A stretch of 64,000 nt of DNA from Octopus vulgaris (lineage: Eukaryota), in the NCBI GenBank assembly GCA_951406725.2, contig OX597828.1:60636001-60700000 (forward strand), written 5' to 3'. Under the pieces are notes generated by a model, which ran no database searches, was not told the DNA's origin, and worked only from the letters and a program-made list of their open reading frames with translations. A program made the translations under genes and the position numbers. Shown here piece by piece: positions 1 through 12,217 of this stretch. How positions within the stretch are numbered: position 1 is the stretch's first letter; each line of letters opens with the position of its first letter.

Positions 1-830
1 TCTTTCAGTACCGTTATGTCTATCAGAAGTTGGTCTTTTGCCCCTCAGCTTTTCCTTCTGCATCCTTTCTGTTTCAATGGCAGTTTGTCATTCATTTCCA
101 AGAAGTTATACACATAATTAGATATTATTCCTGTCATCAGCTTCTACATTTGGGACAGACAGGTTATAGGCCAGTAATTATCCACTGCACTGACTTTACT
201 GGAATCCTTTTGGCGGAGAATTGTTTTACTGTGGTCAGCCCCGTTGTTCATCATTTTATCCATTTGCGTGGCTATTATTCTGTGTAGTGTTGGGAAATGT
301 TCAGCCAATATCCTTGTACCACATCCGGGCCTGGAAATTCCACTTTGATAACTTTGTTGCCTGTTCGGTTACCATTTCAGTCGTTATTCTAATATTGCTC
401 TGTTTCACTTCATATTTTTCCGATCTTAATTCCTTCAACCATGGAGCTTCTTTATTATGCTTTCTTCCATTATCCCAGATGTTACTCCAAAACCTTTTAC
501 TTTCTTCAGCTTCTGGTCTCTCACTGATGTTAACCTTTCCATTCAGCTGTTGATAAACCCTTTTCTGGTCTTGCTGGAACAATCTGTTGATTTTATATTG
601 TTCAATTCTTTGGTCATATCACTTAATCTTTGTAGCTTTAGCTTGCAGTCATTGTTTCAGCTCTTCAATAACTCCATTTAGCCCCTTTTCCTTTATTCTA
701 TATCTATGTTCTAGTTCCTGATGTCGATATGTTTTCATAGTTCATTCATTGATAGTTTTATTCTTTTTCACCAAGGTTCTTTTTCCTTTATTCCAACATT
801 TACAGTTTGGTTCAAGGCCTACTTTATTTC
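1..830 (-). mobile_element. R4/Dong-clade non-LTR retrotransposon fragment (pre-RT region and start of RT), decayed
   Basis: ORF 301..582 (FQQDQKRVYQQLN...SKRFWSNIWDNGRKHNKEAPWLKE) is the conserved pre-RT block of R4/Dong elements. A degenerate NYWPITCL and QKGC follow toward position 1. Confidence 0.75.
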
Positions 831-879
831 CTATATATTTCCTATATAAATGATGCAGGTTTTAATTAATCTGTTCCTT

Positions 880-1345
880 CCTGTTATACCTTGTTCATGG
901 CTAGTGTTTGTAGGATCCATGTGTGGGGAATACTATCAAAAGCCTTTCGGTAATCGATCCAGGCTATACTTAGACTTTTCTTCTTTCTTCGGCTGTCTTC
1001 AGTTATTGCTTTATTGATCAATAGCTGATCTTTACAGCCGTATGAGCCCTTGCAGCATCCCTTCTGCTCTTCTGGAAACAAGCTGTTTTCTTCCAGGTGT
1101 TTGCTCATTCTCTGCGATATAATTGCAGTGAAGGCTTTGTAAATTGTAGGGAGACAAGTTATCGGACTGTAATTTTGTGGGTGTGTCGTTTCAGTTGATT
1201 TGTGAATTAGAATAGTTTTCCCCTCCGTGAGCCATTCAGGCATTATCTCTGGCTCTACTAGTATTTCCTTAAATTTCTCAGCCAGCATTTTATTTGTTCC
1301 TGTTAGGTATTTTAACCAGAAATTGGAGATCTTGTTATCATGGAT
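880..1345 (-). mobile_element. R4/Dong-clade RT fragment (second copy)
   Basis: ORF 884..1288: WLTEGKTILIHK...NYSPITCLPTIYK...EEQKGC...GCKDQLLIN...AWIDYRKAFDSIPH. These are N-terminal RT motifs. Domain order relative to 1..830 shows it is a separate insertion. Confidence 0.85.
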
Positions 1346-1354
1346 AATTTTCCA

Positions 1355-2140
1355 GATGTCCTCGGCCTGGAAGTGCTACCGAGGGAGTGGGGGTGGGGAT
1401 TCCGGTTCGAAATAAACTCTAAGGGCACGGATGTGCTGTCAGACGGACTTATTCGAGGTGTGCGCAGAGTGACGAAACCGTTCTGCACGTCCTCGTTCAG
1501 TGTCCAGCCATTACTGACTTGTAGGGTTATGTTGAATAGCTGCTGTCACGTGAGGGATCGATCCGTCTGTCAGCCGACTCTGTAGATCTGATCGCACCGC
1601 CACCCTTCTTCAGTCGGGCAGGCAAGGCAGTTTTTCTTTGCTTGGTGACTGTGTAGAAAGATATTGTTTGGTGGACAAGGCTGATAGACATGAGGACAGA
1701 TACATTCCCCTTTGGTAGAGCTCTCATTGACTTTTTCAGGTTTCGCTTCAAAAGGAAATTAAGAGTGGAGAGGGAAGTGCTGTCCTCGAGTGAGTTTATT
1801 GAAAGGTGGGTGAAAGTTACGAAAATGGCAAGAGTGGATGGGTACATCTCCAAGTGTAGACCTGTGAGTAGGAGAGAAGGAATTGGAGAGAGCACTTGTT
1901 CCTAGGGTTTCAGAGAAACCTCAGACACTGGGGTTCCTCGATTATCCCCAGAGGCCTTCCTCTATCAGGCGGGCCACATCTCTATCATCCTCTCCGCCAT
2001 TTTTTTTACCTTTGAATGCTGTACATATGTCCCTTCTTTGTGAGTGTATACCGTGAATACTTACTTTTATTTATCATTTCATTAATATATGTAAATACTC
2101 CCACTATCTCTGTATTGTCCTCCTCATACATCGTCCTTGC
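1355..2140 (+). mobile_element. Tx1/L1-clade LINE 3' end (C-terminal zinc-binding region and 3' UTR), decayed
   Basis: Across frameshifts it reads AWKCYRG...PVRNKL...SRCAQSDETVLHVLVQCP (degenerate L1-type Cx..ETxxH..C motif), then FFRFRFKRKLRVERE..FIERW. Confidence 0.7.
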
Positions 2141-2173
2141 CGCAAATTATTATTATTATTATCATTATTATTT

Positions 2174-2715
2174 AGTGAGAGGATAGTGCATGCCATCAAA
2201 GTGACACTTGAAAACAAATATACGAAGCCTAGTATGCCCATCATAACAACCCATCTGATAAGGGTACACCAGGTACATGCATCACAACCACATGTGCGCA
2301 ATATGGTGATCTCATTTCAAGATAAACAACGCATGACCTTGCAAGTGGGGCCCAGTTAGAATTTTCTGCAGGTTGAACATCCCAACCTGCTCAAGAGGTC
2401 TCTGAATGAGGTTTGTTTAAGGATGATAACTGAAAGTCCAATTTTTGCAGAGGTGTTATTCAAACCGCAAAGAATTATTCTCAACACATGACTATAATGC
2501 TCCCCCACTACTTCTGCTCGTGATGAGAGTTGCACTTATCGTCAGCCATTAAAGGAATACCCAGTTGGTTAATGTCAAGCAACCTGACAAGCAAATCTGT
2601 GGTACTGAGCAAAATATTTGCTGCAGCCCATCTATAACAAGACAAAACAATGTACATGATAACACTTCCAATCAGTTAAGATGAAAAGCCATGAGAGCCA
2701 TTGCACCAGGGCATA
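2174..2715. repeat. ~550-bp interspersed non-coding repeat, diverged copy, next to (TTA)n
   Basis: Colinear with 5240..5798 along its whole length. Confidence 0.85.
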
Positions 2716-2782
2716 CTCTTTTACTCTTTTATTTGTTTCAGTCATTTGACTGCGGCCATGTTGGAGCACCGACACAGATATA

Positions 2783-2864
<82 letters not shown>

Positions 2865-3024
2865 CGACGGGCTTCTTTCAGTTTTCGTCTACCAAATCCA
2901 CTCACAAGGCTTTGGTCGGCCCGAGGCTATAGTAGAAGACACTTGCCCTATGTGCCACGCAGTGGGAATGCACCCGGAACCATGTGGTTGGTAAGCAAGC
3001 TACTTACCACACAGCCATTCCTGC
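2716..3024 (-). mobile_element. tRNA-derived CORE-type SINE with internal (CA)n(TA)n, internally deleted
   Basis: Minus strand has a tRNA-like head (TGGCTGTGTGGTAAG...GGTTCCGGGTGCATTCCC), then a CORE-like GGGCAAGTGTCTT. Same family as 26643, 37067 and 51875. Confidence 0.8.
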
Positions 3025-3025
3025 A

Positions 3026-3107
<82 letters not shown>

Positions 3108-3111
<4 letters not shown>

Positions 3112-4800
3112 TAGTCTTATTTTTATCACGCGTTTTCACTGCACTACAGATCGCAGCTTTGTGTGCCATGGGTATATACTGTGGTTTGTTGGGAAGCTTA
3201 TATTTTTACTGTATTGAAAGTTTTTTTATGTAGGATGCTTGACTTTCTGAGTGCTTATCTTACATCCTCTAACTTGTAACCCTCCCACTTTTAATCTTTT
3301 AAGGAGTCTAAGTCAGTAGATATTCTATCAATCCAAGAGGCCTTTCCATTGTGTGTTTTTTCTTCTGCACAAATTTCATTCCAAAATTCCTGTAAAAATG
3401 TTTTGGGTTATTTTTGAACATGCTATCCTTGAAGAACCCAACTCGCCTTTCATTCCGTGTTATGCGGACAGCTTTAACATATACCTTTTGCTTGATATTT
3501 TCTATGGTGCTATTGATGTAATTTTCGGATTTTTGTTGGTTTGATATTCTTGTCAAACTTAAGGTTCGCAGTACGGAAACTTAAGGTTTTTGAAACATTC
3601 TATGTCAGATATAAGTAACTGAACTTGGTGTTGAATACACTCTTGCAAAATAGGCTTTTTGTGGGAATGTTGTCGTTTTTAATCTTTTCCCCACATAGAA
3701 TAGTTGAGATCTTCGGGGATGTTTAATACAGGTGCTTGAGATCTGTAATATCAACATTATTAGCTGAAATTATATCCTTAAGTGCAAGGCGGATTTTGGG
3801 AGAGTGTCACAGTCATACTGGTTCCTTTTATTTTCAGTCATTCAATCATGATTTGATTTTTTAGATCATCTAGTTCAGTTGGGTCAATTTCTGTGTGATT
3901 TTCTTAATCTGTTTTATATTCATCTGCCTTGGTGTTTATGGTTTATTCAGGAAGTATTTCACTTGGCTTATAAGTTACATTGAATCTTTCTATTATTACT
4001 ACGTTTTTATCAGACCTGAGTTAGTCTGTAATTATTTCCTGAGTAGTATCTTCTTTAGCTGCAACTTCGTTCCTCTTATCCCTTGCTGATTGTTTAATTT
4101 GGTCAGTCTCTAATTTAGTTAGTAATTTCTTTTTCATAATATTTCTTCTGACGTTGGCAAGTTTGTTACTATTTTATGTAGGATCTTAATTAAGGGTCCT
4201 TCCCCCTCCAGTTTAAGTAGCTTCGTTCAGTATTGGATTTATTTGTGGAGAAACACAAGGTACAATAGAAGACCTTAAGAACTTCTTTATTATCTCCCCT
4301 TGACAATTTTTCATTCTTTTTGTTTTGGTTATTTGATGACGATCGTGGATGTCCATCTGCTGGAATATTCCGGTTGCAGGGTACTTCCAGCTCCTGTGTT
4401 TCGGGAAGATTTGAACCAGTAGCTAATTTTTCGCTCACAGTCTTGCTCCTCACTATGGTGCGCGGCCCTTGTTGACCCGGGTGACGGACGATTCGATGTG
4501 TATTTTGCTTTGTTATCATTAAGGCATGGGGATCTTGGACAATGACATTAGGGGATAGCTCTGTCTGTTTAAGGTTAACTTTTTGAGACAACACAACATC
4601 CGAGTTCTTTGATTGAAAACATTGTTCGTTACATAGTTTCGTAAGGCTAACAGATCTTTATTCGTGGGTATATTTTTGTTCACAGGTTTATCTTCGGGCA
4701 TAGTTTCTTCGTGGTGTTTTTAAACTTGAGTTATTCACTCCGTGTTAGATCGAAGGAAATTGCTTTGTTATTGTTTTGCTTCGTTTGTGACAAGTGGTTT
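3108..4800 (-). mobile_element. R4/Dong-clade element 5' half (N-terminal and pre-RT regions), decayed
   Basis: ORF 4190..4594 (KLSRGDNKEVLKVFY...ERSYLNWR) and ORF 3308..3556 (IENIKQKVYVKAVRITRNERR...MFKNNPKHFY) match Dong/R4 N-terminal blocks. Abuts (TTA)n at 3027..3107. Confidence 0.65.
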
Positions 4801-5151
4801 CATATGTGTGTATGAATGTCCTGTAAATTTCACGCAGTTGTATAAATATTGGGGTTATATGTGTAACCCTATGGTATTAAAATGTATATATGATTGTATA
4901 GACATTCTAGCGTATGCGTAATTAATCAATTTATGTACTTCAAACTTTCCGATGTTGATTTCGCACGTGTCTTTCGCACATGTTTCACTGAAATATCGTG
5001 CATGGGAGATGTGCTTTGTACGGCTGTAAAATTTCGTTTTTTTTTTGTGGTTATTTTCGTTAAAAGATTGATTCCTTCAAGTCTTCCACAGGTTTCTCTT
5101 TTCCCATTCAACCGATGTTACTAGATTTGATTTGATTTTGTATGGAAAGCC

Positions 5152-5224
<73 letters not shown>

Positions 5225-5239
5225 TTCTTCTTATTATTA

Positions 5240-5798
5240 TTGAGTGAGAGAGCAGTGCATGCCATCAAAGTGACACTGGGGTAAAATATATGAAGCCCAA
5301 TATACCCATCATGACTACCCGTCTGATAAAGGTACACCAGGCACATGCATCACAACCATATGTGCGCGACATGGTGATCTCATATCAAGATAAACAGCGT
5401 ATGACCTTGCAGGTGGGGCCCAGTTAGAATTTTCTTCAGGTTGAGTAGCCCATCCCGCTCAAACGGTCCCTGAATAAGGGTTGTTTAAGGATGTTGAACG
5501 AAACACCCATGTTTCCAGAGGTGAATCATCCAAACCCCAAAGAATCCCTCTCAACACACGGCTATGATGCTCTCCCACTACTTCTGCTCGTGATCAGAGA
5601 TGCACATATCGTCAGCCACTAAGGGACATGCTCAACTGGTTAAGGTCAAACAACTGGCAAGCAAATCTGTGGTATTGAGCAGAATATTTGCTGTAGCCCA
5701 TCTTTTATACCAAGACAAAACAATGTACATGATAACACTTCCAATCAGTTAAGATCAGAAGCCATGAGAGCCACTGCCTGGTACTGCATCAGGGCATT
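5240..5798. repeat. ~550-bp interspersed non-coding repeat between (TTA)n tracts
   Basis: Second copy of 2174..2715. A terminal fragment also occurs at about 55341..55407. Confidence 0.85.
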
Positions 5799-5886
5799 GA
5801 TGCTCTCCCACTACTTCTGCTCGTGATCAGAGATGCACATATCGTCTTATGCTCTCCCACTACTTCTGCTCGTGGTCAGAGATACA

Positions 5887-5924
<38 letters not shown>

Positions 5925-8040
5925 TATTCAACTCAAGTTTGTTCCCTTTTCATAATCTTTTCTATCCCTAAGAGGCGAACCTTCTGTAGAAGTTCTACAG
6001 GACATTAAATTCCAGACTCTTTCAACTATTTGTGTATATCATTACTCATAGTTCCTAATGTACCTTTACAGTTTCCACGCGCCAAATTCTTGCAATTCAA
6101 ATTTTAAGGGATTGTATTTTTTAATGTTCTATCTTCTATCGTTACAATTCTGGATGAAACGGATATGGTGGATCAATTAGTACGCACCTTCGATTTTCCT
6201 TGTCTATTTTTGTTATGTCTGGTTTATTATTTCCTAGCTTCCTATCTATTCTTATAGAAAATCCCATAAAAACTTGCATTTCTCCGACTCAAGCACTCTT
6301 TCAACCCAATGGTCATGCCATGTACTTCCATTTCTGACAAAGCTTCCAATGCAAAACTTTCACAATTTCTCATATTCTGCCTGGGTCTGCTTGAGGCATT
6401 CTACAACTATGTGTGCCATCGTTGCATCCCAAATCCCACGCACTCTACAATTTGCTGACACCGTCTCCCCATACACATATTTTTAACACTTGATCTTGAG
6501 TTGCTGTAATAAGTCTCTCTCTCTCTCTCTCTCTCTTTAATTGCCCCCTTTTCAACCAAGTCCAATGTTTTTGTTCCACATACATCCTCAGTGGCTTTCC
6601 AAAACGGATCATGCAAATGATTCTCTTCAGTCTGCTTATCTGTTTCACATGCTCTCTTTGAATTTCATTCTTGTCGTTTTCTCCTATTCCACACTTGATC
6701 AGTTGTTTTCTATTCACTGCTTTTAGTAAATTCTGACCATGTCGTTTTCCTAAATTATAAGTTATTTTAACTTCTCGTAAAATGAAACTGAGCGGTATCA
6801 TGACCAATACAAATAGTTATGGAGATAAGCTGTGACCTTGAAATATCCCATGTCTGATGTTCACTTTTCAAAGTCTTTGTTTTCCTCCATTCAATTCAGT
6901 AATCCAATCTTTCATACTTTCATTAACCATTTTCTCCATATTTTTTGCCACTCCAAATCTGTTCATTGTCTTACTTATCCATATCATGCCATATGCTTCT
7001 ATGTAATCCAACCGTGCTACATTCAATCCAGTCAAACTGCATCTACAATTTCTAATTATTCTTTTATCAACTAAAAACAGGTCTTTAGTTATCCTACTTT
7101 GCTTTCTGCCTCCTTTCTGCTCTACTGGAAAGAGATTGTTGCTTTCCAGATGTTTATGGTGGCAATCAAATGACTGAAACAAATAAAAGAATAACTTTTC
7201 CGCCAAGACACCGATCATAAGAGTCCACATGAGTGATAAACAGGTTATAGGTAGAAAATTTGATACCGATTTACCTTTAAAGAGATCCTTGTAACATAAC
7301 AACGTTCGTCCACTTGTCATCCAGGTTGAGGCATGAACCTGCAGCAGACATTTATCCGGGTGTGCAGCGATCCTTTCACGCAATTGTATAAAATTCTTCA
7401 GCCCATAACCTTATACTATATCCGGGCTAGGGACTTTCCAATTTCCTATTTTTGTAACTTCAATCCTATTGAATACAGATCAGCTCTGTGTCGTTTTGTC
7501 CTGCTACAGTTGTAAGTTGTCTCTCCCCTTGTGGTAGCCGCTCTGCTGATGTTCCCCTTCTATTTCCTCAAAAAAAGTCTTGTATTTGATTGAAACAATT
7601 TATTCTATTCAAAACTTTGCATCTAGCATCATATCTTTGCAATTTGGGCTTTAACGCTGTCAACCTTTGTGAATATTCTTCATGTACAGTTTGCTTTCCC
7701 TCTCTCTTCTAACCTGTCCTACCCATTAAAATTTTCTGGTTCGATCTCATTCTTGAGTTCTCTTATTATCCTATTCAATTGCCCCAGTTCTTTCTGTTTC
7801 TGTTTTAACTTCATTCATATTCTCTTCCTCTAGTTTGGTTCTTTCTTTTCATTTTCCTTTTCTTCAATAGTCTTCAGCTTGTATCCTATTATGTCAGCTA
7901 CAACATAAACAGCAGCTATGATTAGTTGGTCTCTTTCATTAATGTTCTCTGTTTCCACGAAGCTGAAAACGAAATTTACTTTGTCTATGGCTCTCCTTAC
8001 TTTTCCTTTGTTAATATTTTTGGTGGTATTTTATTTTACC
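5925..8040 (-). mobile_element. R4/Dong-clade non-LTR retrotransposon (RT and restriction-like endonuclease), decayed
   Basis: ORF 6868..7383 carries RT motifs (WMTSGRTLLCYK, NFLPITCL, EQKGGR, LDYIEAY). ORF 6445..6807 has KRGQLKRE...ATQDQVL. NKPDI (PD motif) lies near 6220. The 3' end runs into (TAA)n. Confidence 0.8.
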
Positions 8041-8061
8041 TCGCAGTATTTCTAGAATCTC

Positions 8062-8262
8062 AAGGCGGCGAACTAGCAGAAACGTTAGCATGCCGGGTGA
8101 AATACTTAGCGGCATTTCGTTTGTCTTTATGTCCTGAGTTCAAATTCCGCCGAGGTCGACTTTGCCTTTCATCCTTTCGGGGTCGATAAATTAGGTACCA
8201 GTTGCGTACTAGGGTCGATCTAATCCCTCAAAATTTCGGGCCTTGTGCCTCGAGTAGAAAAG
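8062..8262 (+). mobile_element. Meta-type SINE with 17-bp target-site duplication
   Basis: tRNA-like head with B box GAGTTCAAATTCC and central GCCTTTCATCCTTTCGGGGTCGATAAATTAGGTACC (Meta-domain-like). TSD AGTATTTCTAGAATCTC at 8045..8061 and 8263..8279. Confidence 0.85.
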
Positions 8263-8379
8263 AGTATTTCTAGAATCTCCATCTCTTCAACGTTCAAATC
8301 TTGTGTGACATTTACTGTCACTTGTCCTGCTAGATTATCTTCGCTATTTACTTCGTCAGCAGTCACATAATGATATACG

Positions 8380-9133
8380 CATTGGCAAGGCAGCTGCAGC
8401 TGCAGCCCAATTCTCCAAACGGGCATGGGACAGCCATAAGCTGACCAAGACCACAAAAATGAAGATTTACCAGGCATGTGTACTTAGCACGCTACTTTAT
8501 GGAAGTGAGACTTGGACGCCATACACACGCCAAGAGCGTAGCCTAAATATCTTTCACTTGCGCTGTCTCCGGAAAATCGTTGGTATCAAATGGCAGAATC
8601 ATGTCTCCAACAAAGATGTCCTCAAGCAAGTAGGAATACCAAGTATATTTGCACTCCACACCCAAAGACGTATGAGATGGTTTGGACATGTTAGCCGTAT
8701 GGAAGATGGCAGAATCCCCAAGGATATACTCTACGGAGAGCTTGCTAGGGCCACTAGGTCTGTGGGAATACCGTTCTTACGATACAAGGTTGTTTGCAAA
8801 AGGGACATGAAGGCCTGCGACATCAATATTAGCAACTGGGAAGCAGTTGCCAGCAACCGTGGAGATAGGCGACGTACCGTAAAAGAGGGAACACAAAGGA
8901 GTGACAGAGGGAGAGAGGAGAAATGGAAAGACAAGAAAAGACGTCAACAAGAAACTATGACATTACAACCAGCCAAGCATTTGCGGCACCTGCCAGAGGG
9001 AGTGTTTGTCCAGGATAGGACTACACAGCCGCAGCAGGAGATGTATTAGGATGTGAAATGTAAAAGCCGGACTAGATTTTTTATGCGCAACTCCATTGTC
9101 TCCCGAGACAAAAATGAATCCAACAACAACAAC

Positions 9134-9135
<2 letters not shown>
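8380..9135 (+). mobile_element. RTE-clade LINE 3' fragment
   Basis: ORF 8459..9049 (IYQACVLSTLLYGSETW...FHLRCLRKI...RMRWFGHVSRMEDGRIPKDILYGEL). Ends in the stem-loop TTGTCTC-CC-GAGACAA and a (CAA)n tail. Confidence 0.9.
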
Positions 9136-9213
<78 letters not shown>

Positions 9214-9215
<2 letters not shown>

Positions 9216-10834
9216 ATTGCGGCCAAAATGTTCAGAACGGCATTGTTTTCGTCAGAAAAGTAAGTATAAGTTTTTATCAAAGTAGTTTTATATTCTATAA
9301 TTTTCACAGACAATAAATACAATACTAATTGTTATTGTCTGAGATTTTGGTATAATTTGAAAGGAGAATACAAAAGTTATGGATGATTTAGTGATTTACT
9401 GCAAAACCCATGGCGACCAAAATGATCAGAACGGTTGAAAAAATAACAAAATAATCAAAAAGTGACAGAGAATACTGGAATTATTTAATATTTAGTGTGA
9501 AGCCCTTTAGCTTCAATCACACTCTGACATCTTCGACTGCATGAGGAAATTAAATTTTCAGTTTCTTGCTGGGTGATCTTATTCCATTCTTCCCGAAGGG
9601 AATTCCATAATTGCTCAGTTGTTTTAGGATTTCTGGCTTTCGAACGTTCTCCTAGAATATTCCATACATTTTCAATAGGATTGAGATCTGGGCTTTGAGC
9701 AGGCCAATCCATAACAATAACCTTTTCAGCCTTGAGGAAGTTCATGACCACCTTAGCCTTGTGACATGGGGCATTGTCCTGCATGAATATGGGTGGTCGC
9801 TTAGTTGAATTTCTCAGCACAGGCAAGACATGATCTTTTACAAGTTGTTTATAAACTCCTGCATTTAACTTTCTATGTAATCGCACCAAAGGGCCCACAC
9901 CATCTCCAGATATCATTCCCCAAACCATGACACTTCCTCCACCGAATTTAACACTAGTCTTAAGGCATTTAGGCAACAATTTTTCACCTACTTTTCTACG
10001 AACGTACCTTTTCCCATCTGAGCCAACTTAGATTCATCACTGAAATGCACCGTTTGCCATTTTTCTTGAGACCACAACACATGTTCGGTTGCACAGGTAA
10101 GACGACACTTTTTATTCTTGGAGCTGATCAGTGGCTTCACTGCAGGTGCTCTTGCTTGTAGATCATGTTCAACTAAACGACGAGACACAGTTTTTCGAGA
10201 TAAAGTTTTCTTCAATACAATGCTCATTTTCCGAGAAACAGCAGCAGCAGTTTTAAATTTGTCCTTTTTAACCAACTTTACCAAAGCACGATCTTCTCTC
10301 TTGGTCGTTTTTCTTGGCCTACCTGTAAACTTTCTTGCTTCACACGAACCACAATCAAGTAGACCTTTAGAATACCGTGTACAACACTTTTTGACTTGTT
10401 AACAATCTTTGCAATAGATCCAATACTTAAATTATCCTTCCTTCGAAGCGTTATAATCTGCTGACGAATTGGTAACGGAGTAAGTGGCATTATATTAACA
10501 AAGTACACTGCAAATATTCTTACTAATGTTTAGTAAACGAACCGTCACGTAAACAAATTCAAAACATTCGCCTGTTAAATATACTAAAACACTAAATAAA
10601 ACGTTCGCCTGTTAAATATACTAAAACACGGCCACCATGGGTTTTGCAGTAAATCACTAAATCATCCATAACTTTTGTATTATCCTCTCAAATTACACCA
10701 AAATCTCAGGCAATAACAAATAATATCGTATTTATTGTCTGTGAAAATTATAGAATATAAAACAACTTTGATAAAAAATCATATCTACTTTTCTGACGAA
10801 AACAATGCCGTTCTGAACATTTTGGCCGCCACTG
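9214..10834 (-). mobile_element. Tc1-family DNA transposon, full length (1621 bp), IR/DR type
   Basis: About 205-bp inverted repeats (9214..~9418 and ~10630..10834, starting CA(G/A)T(G/T)GCGGCCAAAATGTTCAGAACGG), with TA on both flanks. Confidence 0.95.
9485..10490 (-). pseudogene. Tc1 DD34E transposase, frameshifted into three pieces
   Basis: ORFs 10278..10508 (HTH), 9988..10284 (HFSDESK) and 9485..9979 (GGGSVMVWG, FMQDNAPCH, SPDLNPIENVW). There are 34 residues between the second D and the E. Confidence 0.93.
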
Positions 10835-10920
10835 TATATATATATAAGTATGTATGTATGTATGTATGTATGTATGTATGTATGTATGTATGTATGTATG
10901 TATGTATGTATGTATGTATA

Positions 10921-11215
10921 CATGGGGGTACCCAAAAGTAACTGGAAACGTTCATTGTGGGACAAGCCCGTTGTAATTCAGGCTTCCGCCTAAAAGCCCC
11001 TTGATGCAACTCTCAGGTATCAGTCTGCCGACCGGTGTTGTACTCTGATTTCATACAGCCATGTGGCGTATCTTTGTTTGGCAGTATTTATCTCCTGTTC
11101 GTCGATATTTGTGATGGCTGAAACGAAGGAATAGCGTACTTCCGTGAAATCCTGTTGGGGAAAATGGCGGCCGAAATAGTTGTCATATTTTAAACAGCTT
11201 GCAAGGCCGCTGCTG
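10921..11215 (+). mobile_element. mariner-family 5' fragment (left end and start of transposase)
   Basis: TA followed by CATGGGGGTACCCAAAAGTAACTGGAA resembles a mariner end. A degenerate MAETKE*RTSVK..GKMAAEIVVIF*TA at about 11114..11200 resembles a mariner N-terminus. Confidence 0.55.
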
Positions 11216-11219
11216 CGAA

Positions 11220-12164
11220 TAGTATTCCTGACTTTCTCATTGATTTTTCATAAAAGTTCTTTACTAATAATGATTTAGCTGGGTTAATAAGCCTACATTT
11301 AGGATTAGATAGGAAGTTCTTTTTATAGTCCTTGATAGTTATAAAGGCCTCCTTTATTTGGAAGGATCTCTATTTTTTTTTATCTAATTTAAGTCTGGCG
11401 GCCATAATGCTAGCTTCTTTATTAATTTCGTTATAAATTTGTGGCTTAGCTTTGGTGTAATTATTAATGATGTTGTTGTGTAGGAGTCGTAAATATGTGC
11501 TATTTTCTACAAGGTATAAGTTTTTGGATTTATCAGAAAAAAGTGCCGTTTTTTTGGGAACTCTTTATGTATTTGATATCTTTTTTCAGCCTCTGTTGGA
11601 AAGTGTTAAAAGACTTACGAAATTTTATTTTGTTCATGAGCTGCAGTAGGTCCAATTCGAAGTCTTCCAAGCCTTTGAATTTTAGAGGGAATCTCTTTGA
11701 TTTAATTCCATAGAATATGTTGTCTGTAGTGTCCTCTTCCAGGTTGTAAAAGAAAGCTTTCCATCTCATACGCTTATGGTTGCAAATATACATGTGGGTG
11801 TACATGCGAGTGTTTCCCGCGAGTGTAAGAGAGCATATGCATATACAGCATGTGTGTATTTTAGACGTGTATTTGAATATAAATTCTGCGTGTGTGGGTA
11901 TGTGCATGTGTGTGTGTGTGTGTGTGCGTGTGCATGTGTGTGTGCGGATATGCATATGTGTGCATCGGGTTTTCTCCCCATATTTAACGGTCATTCTAAT
12001 AGCTCTTTTGTCTTAATAATGGTTAATTATATAGTAATTTCCCTTTGTTTAACGGTCATTTTCATAGCATTTTTTGATTGCCTCGATAACTGACGAGATG
12101 CCGGAGCAGTTTTCAGCCCCGCCATCCTAAACTCGGAGCCTTATTATGCCAACCGAATAATTGT

Positions 12165-12165
<1 letters not shown>
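11220..12165 (-). mobile_element. Naiad-type Penelope-like element, N-terminal fragment
   Basis: RMRWKAFF...FELDLLQL..KIKFRK..NTFQQRL (ORF 11533..11994), continuing across frameshifts to ITIKDYKKNF..NPKCRLINPAKS. Homologous to the 31301..32287 RT region. Confidence 0.8.
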
Positions 12166-12204
<39 letters not shown>

Positions 12205-12217
<13 letters not shown>

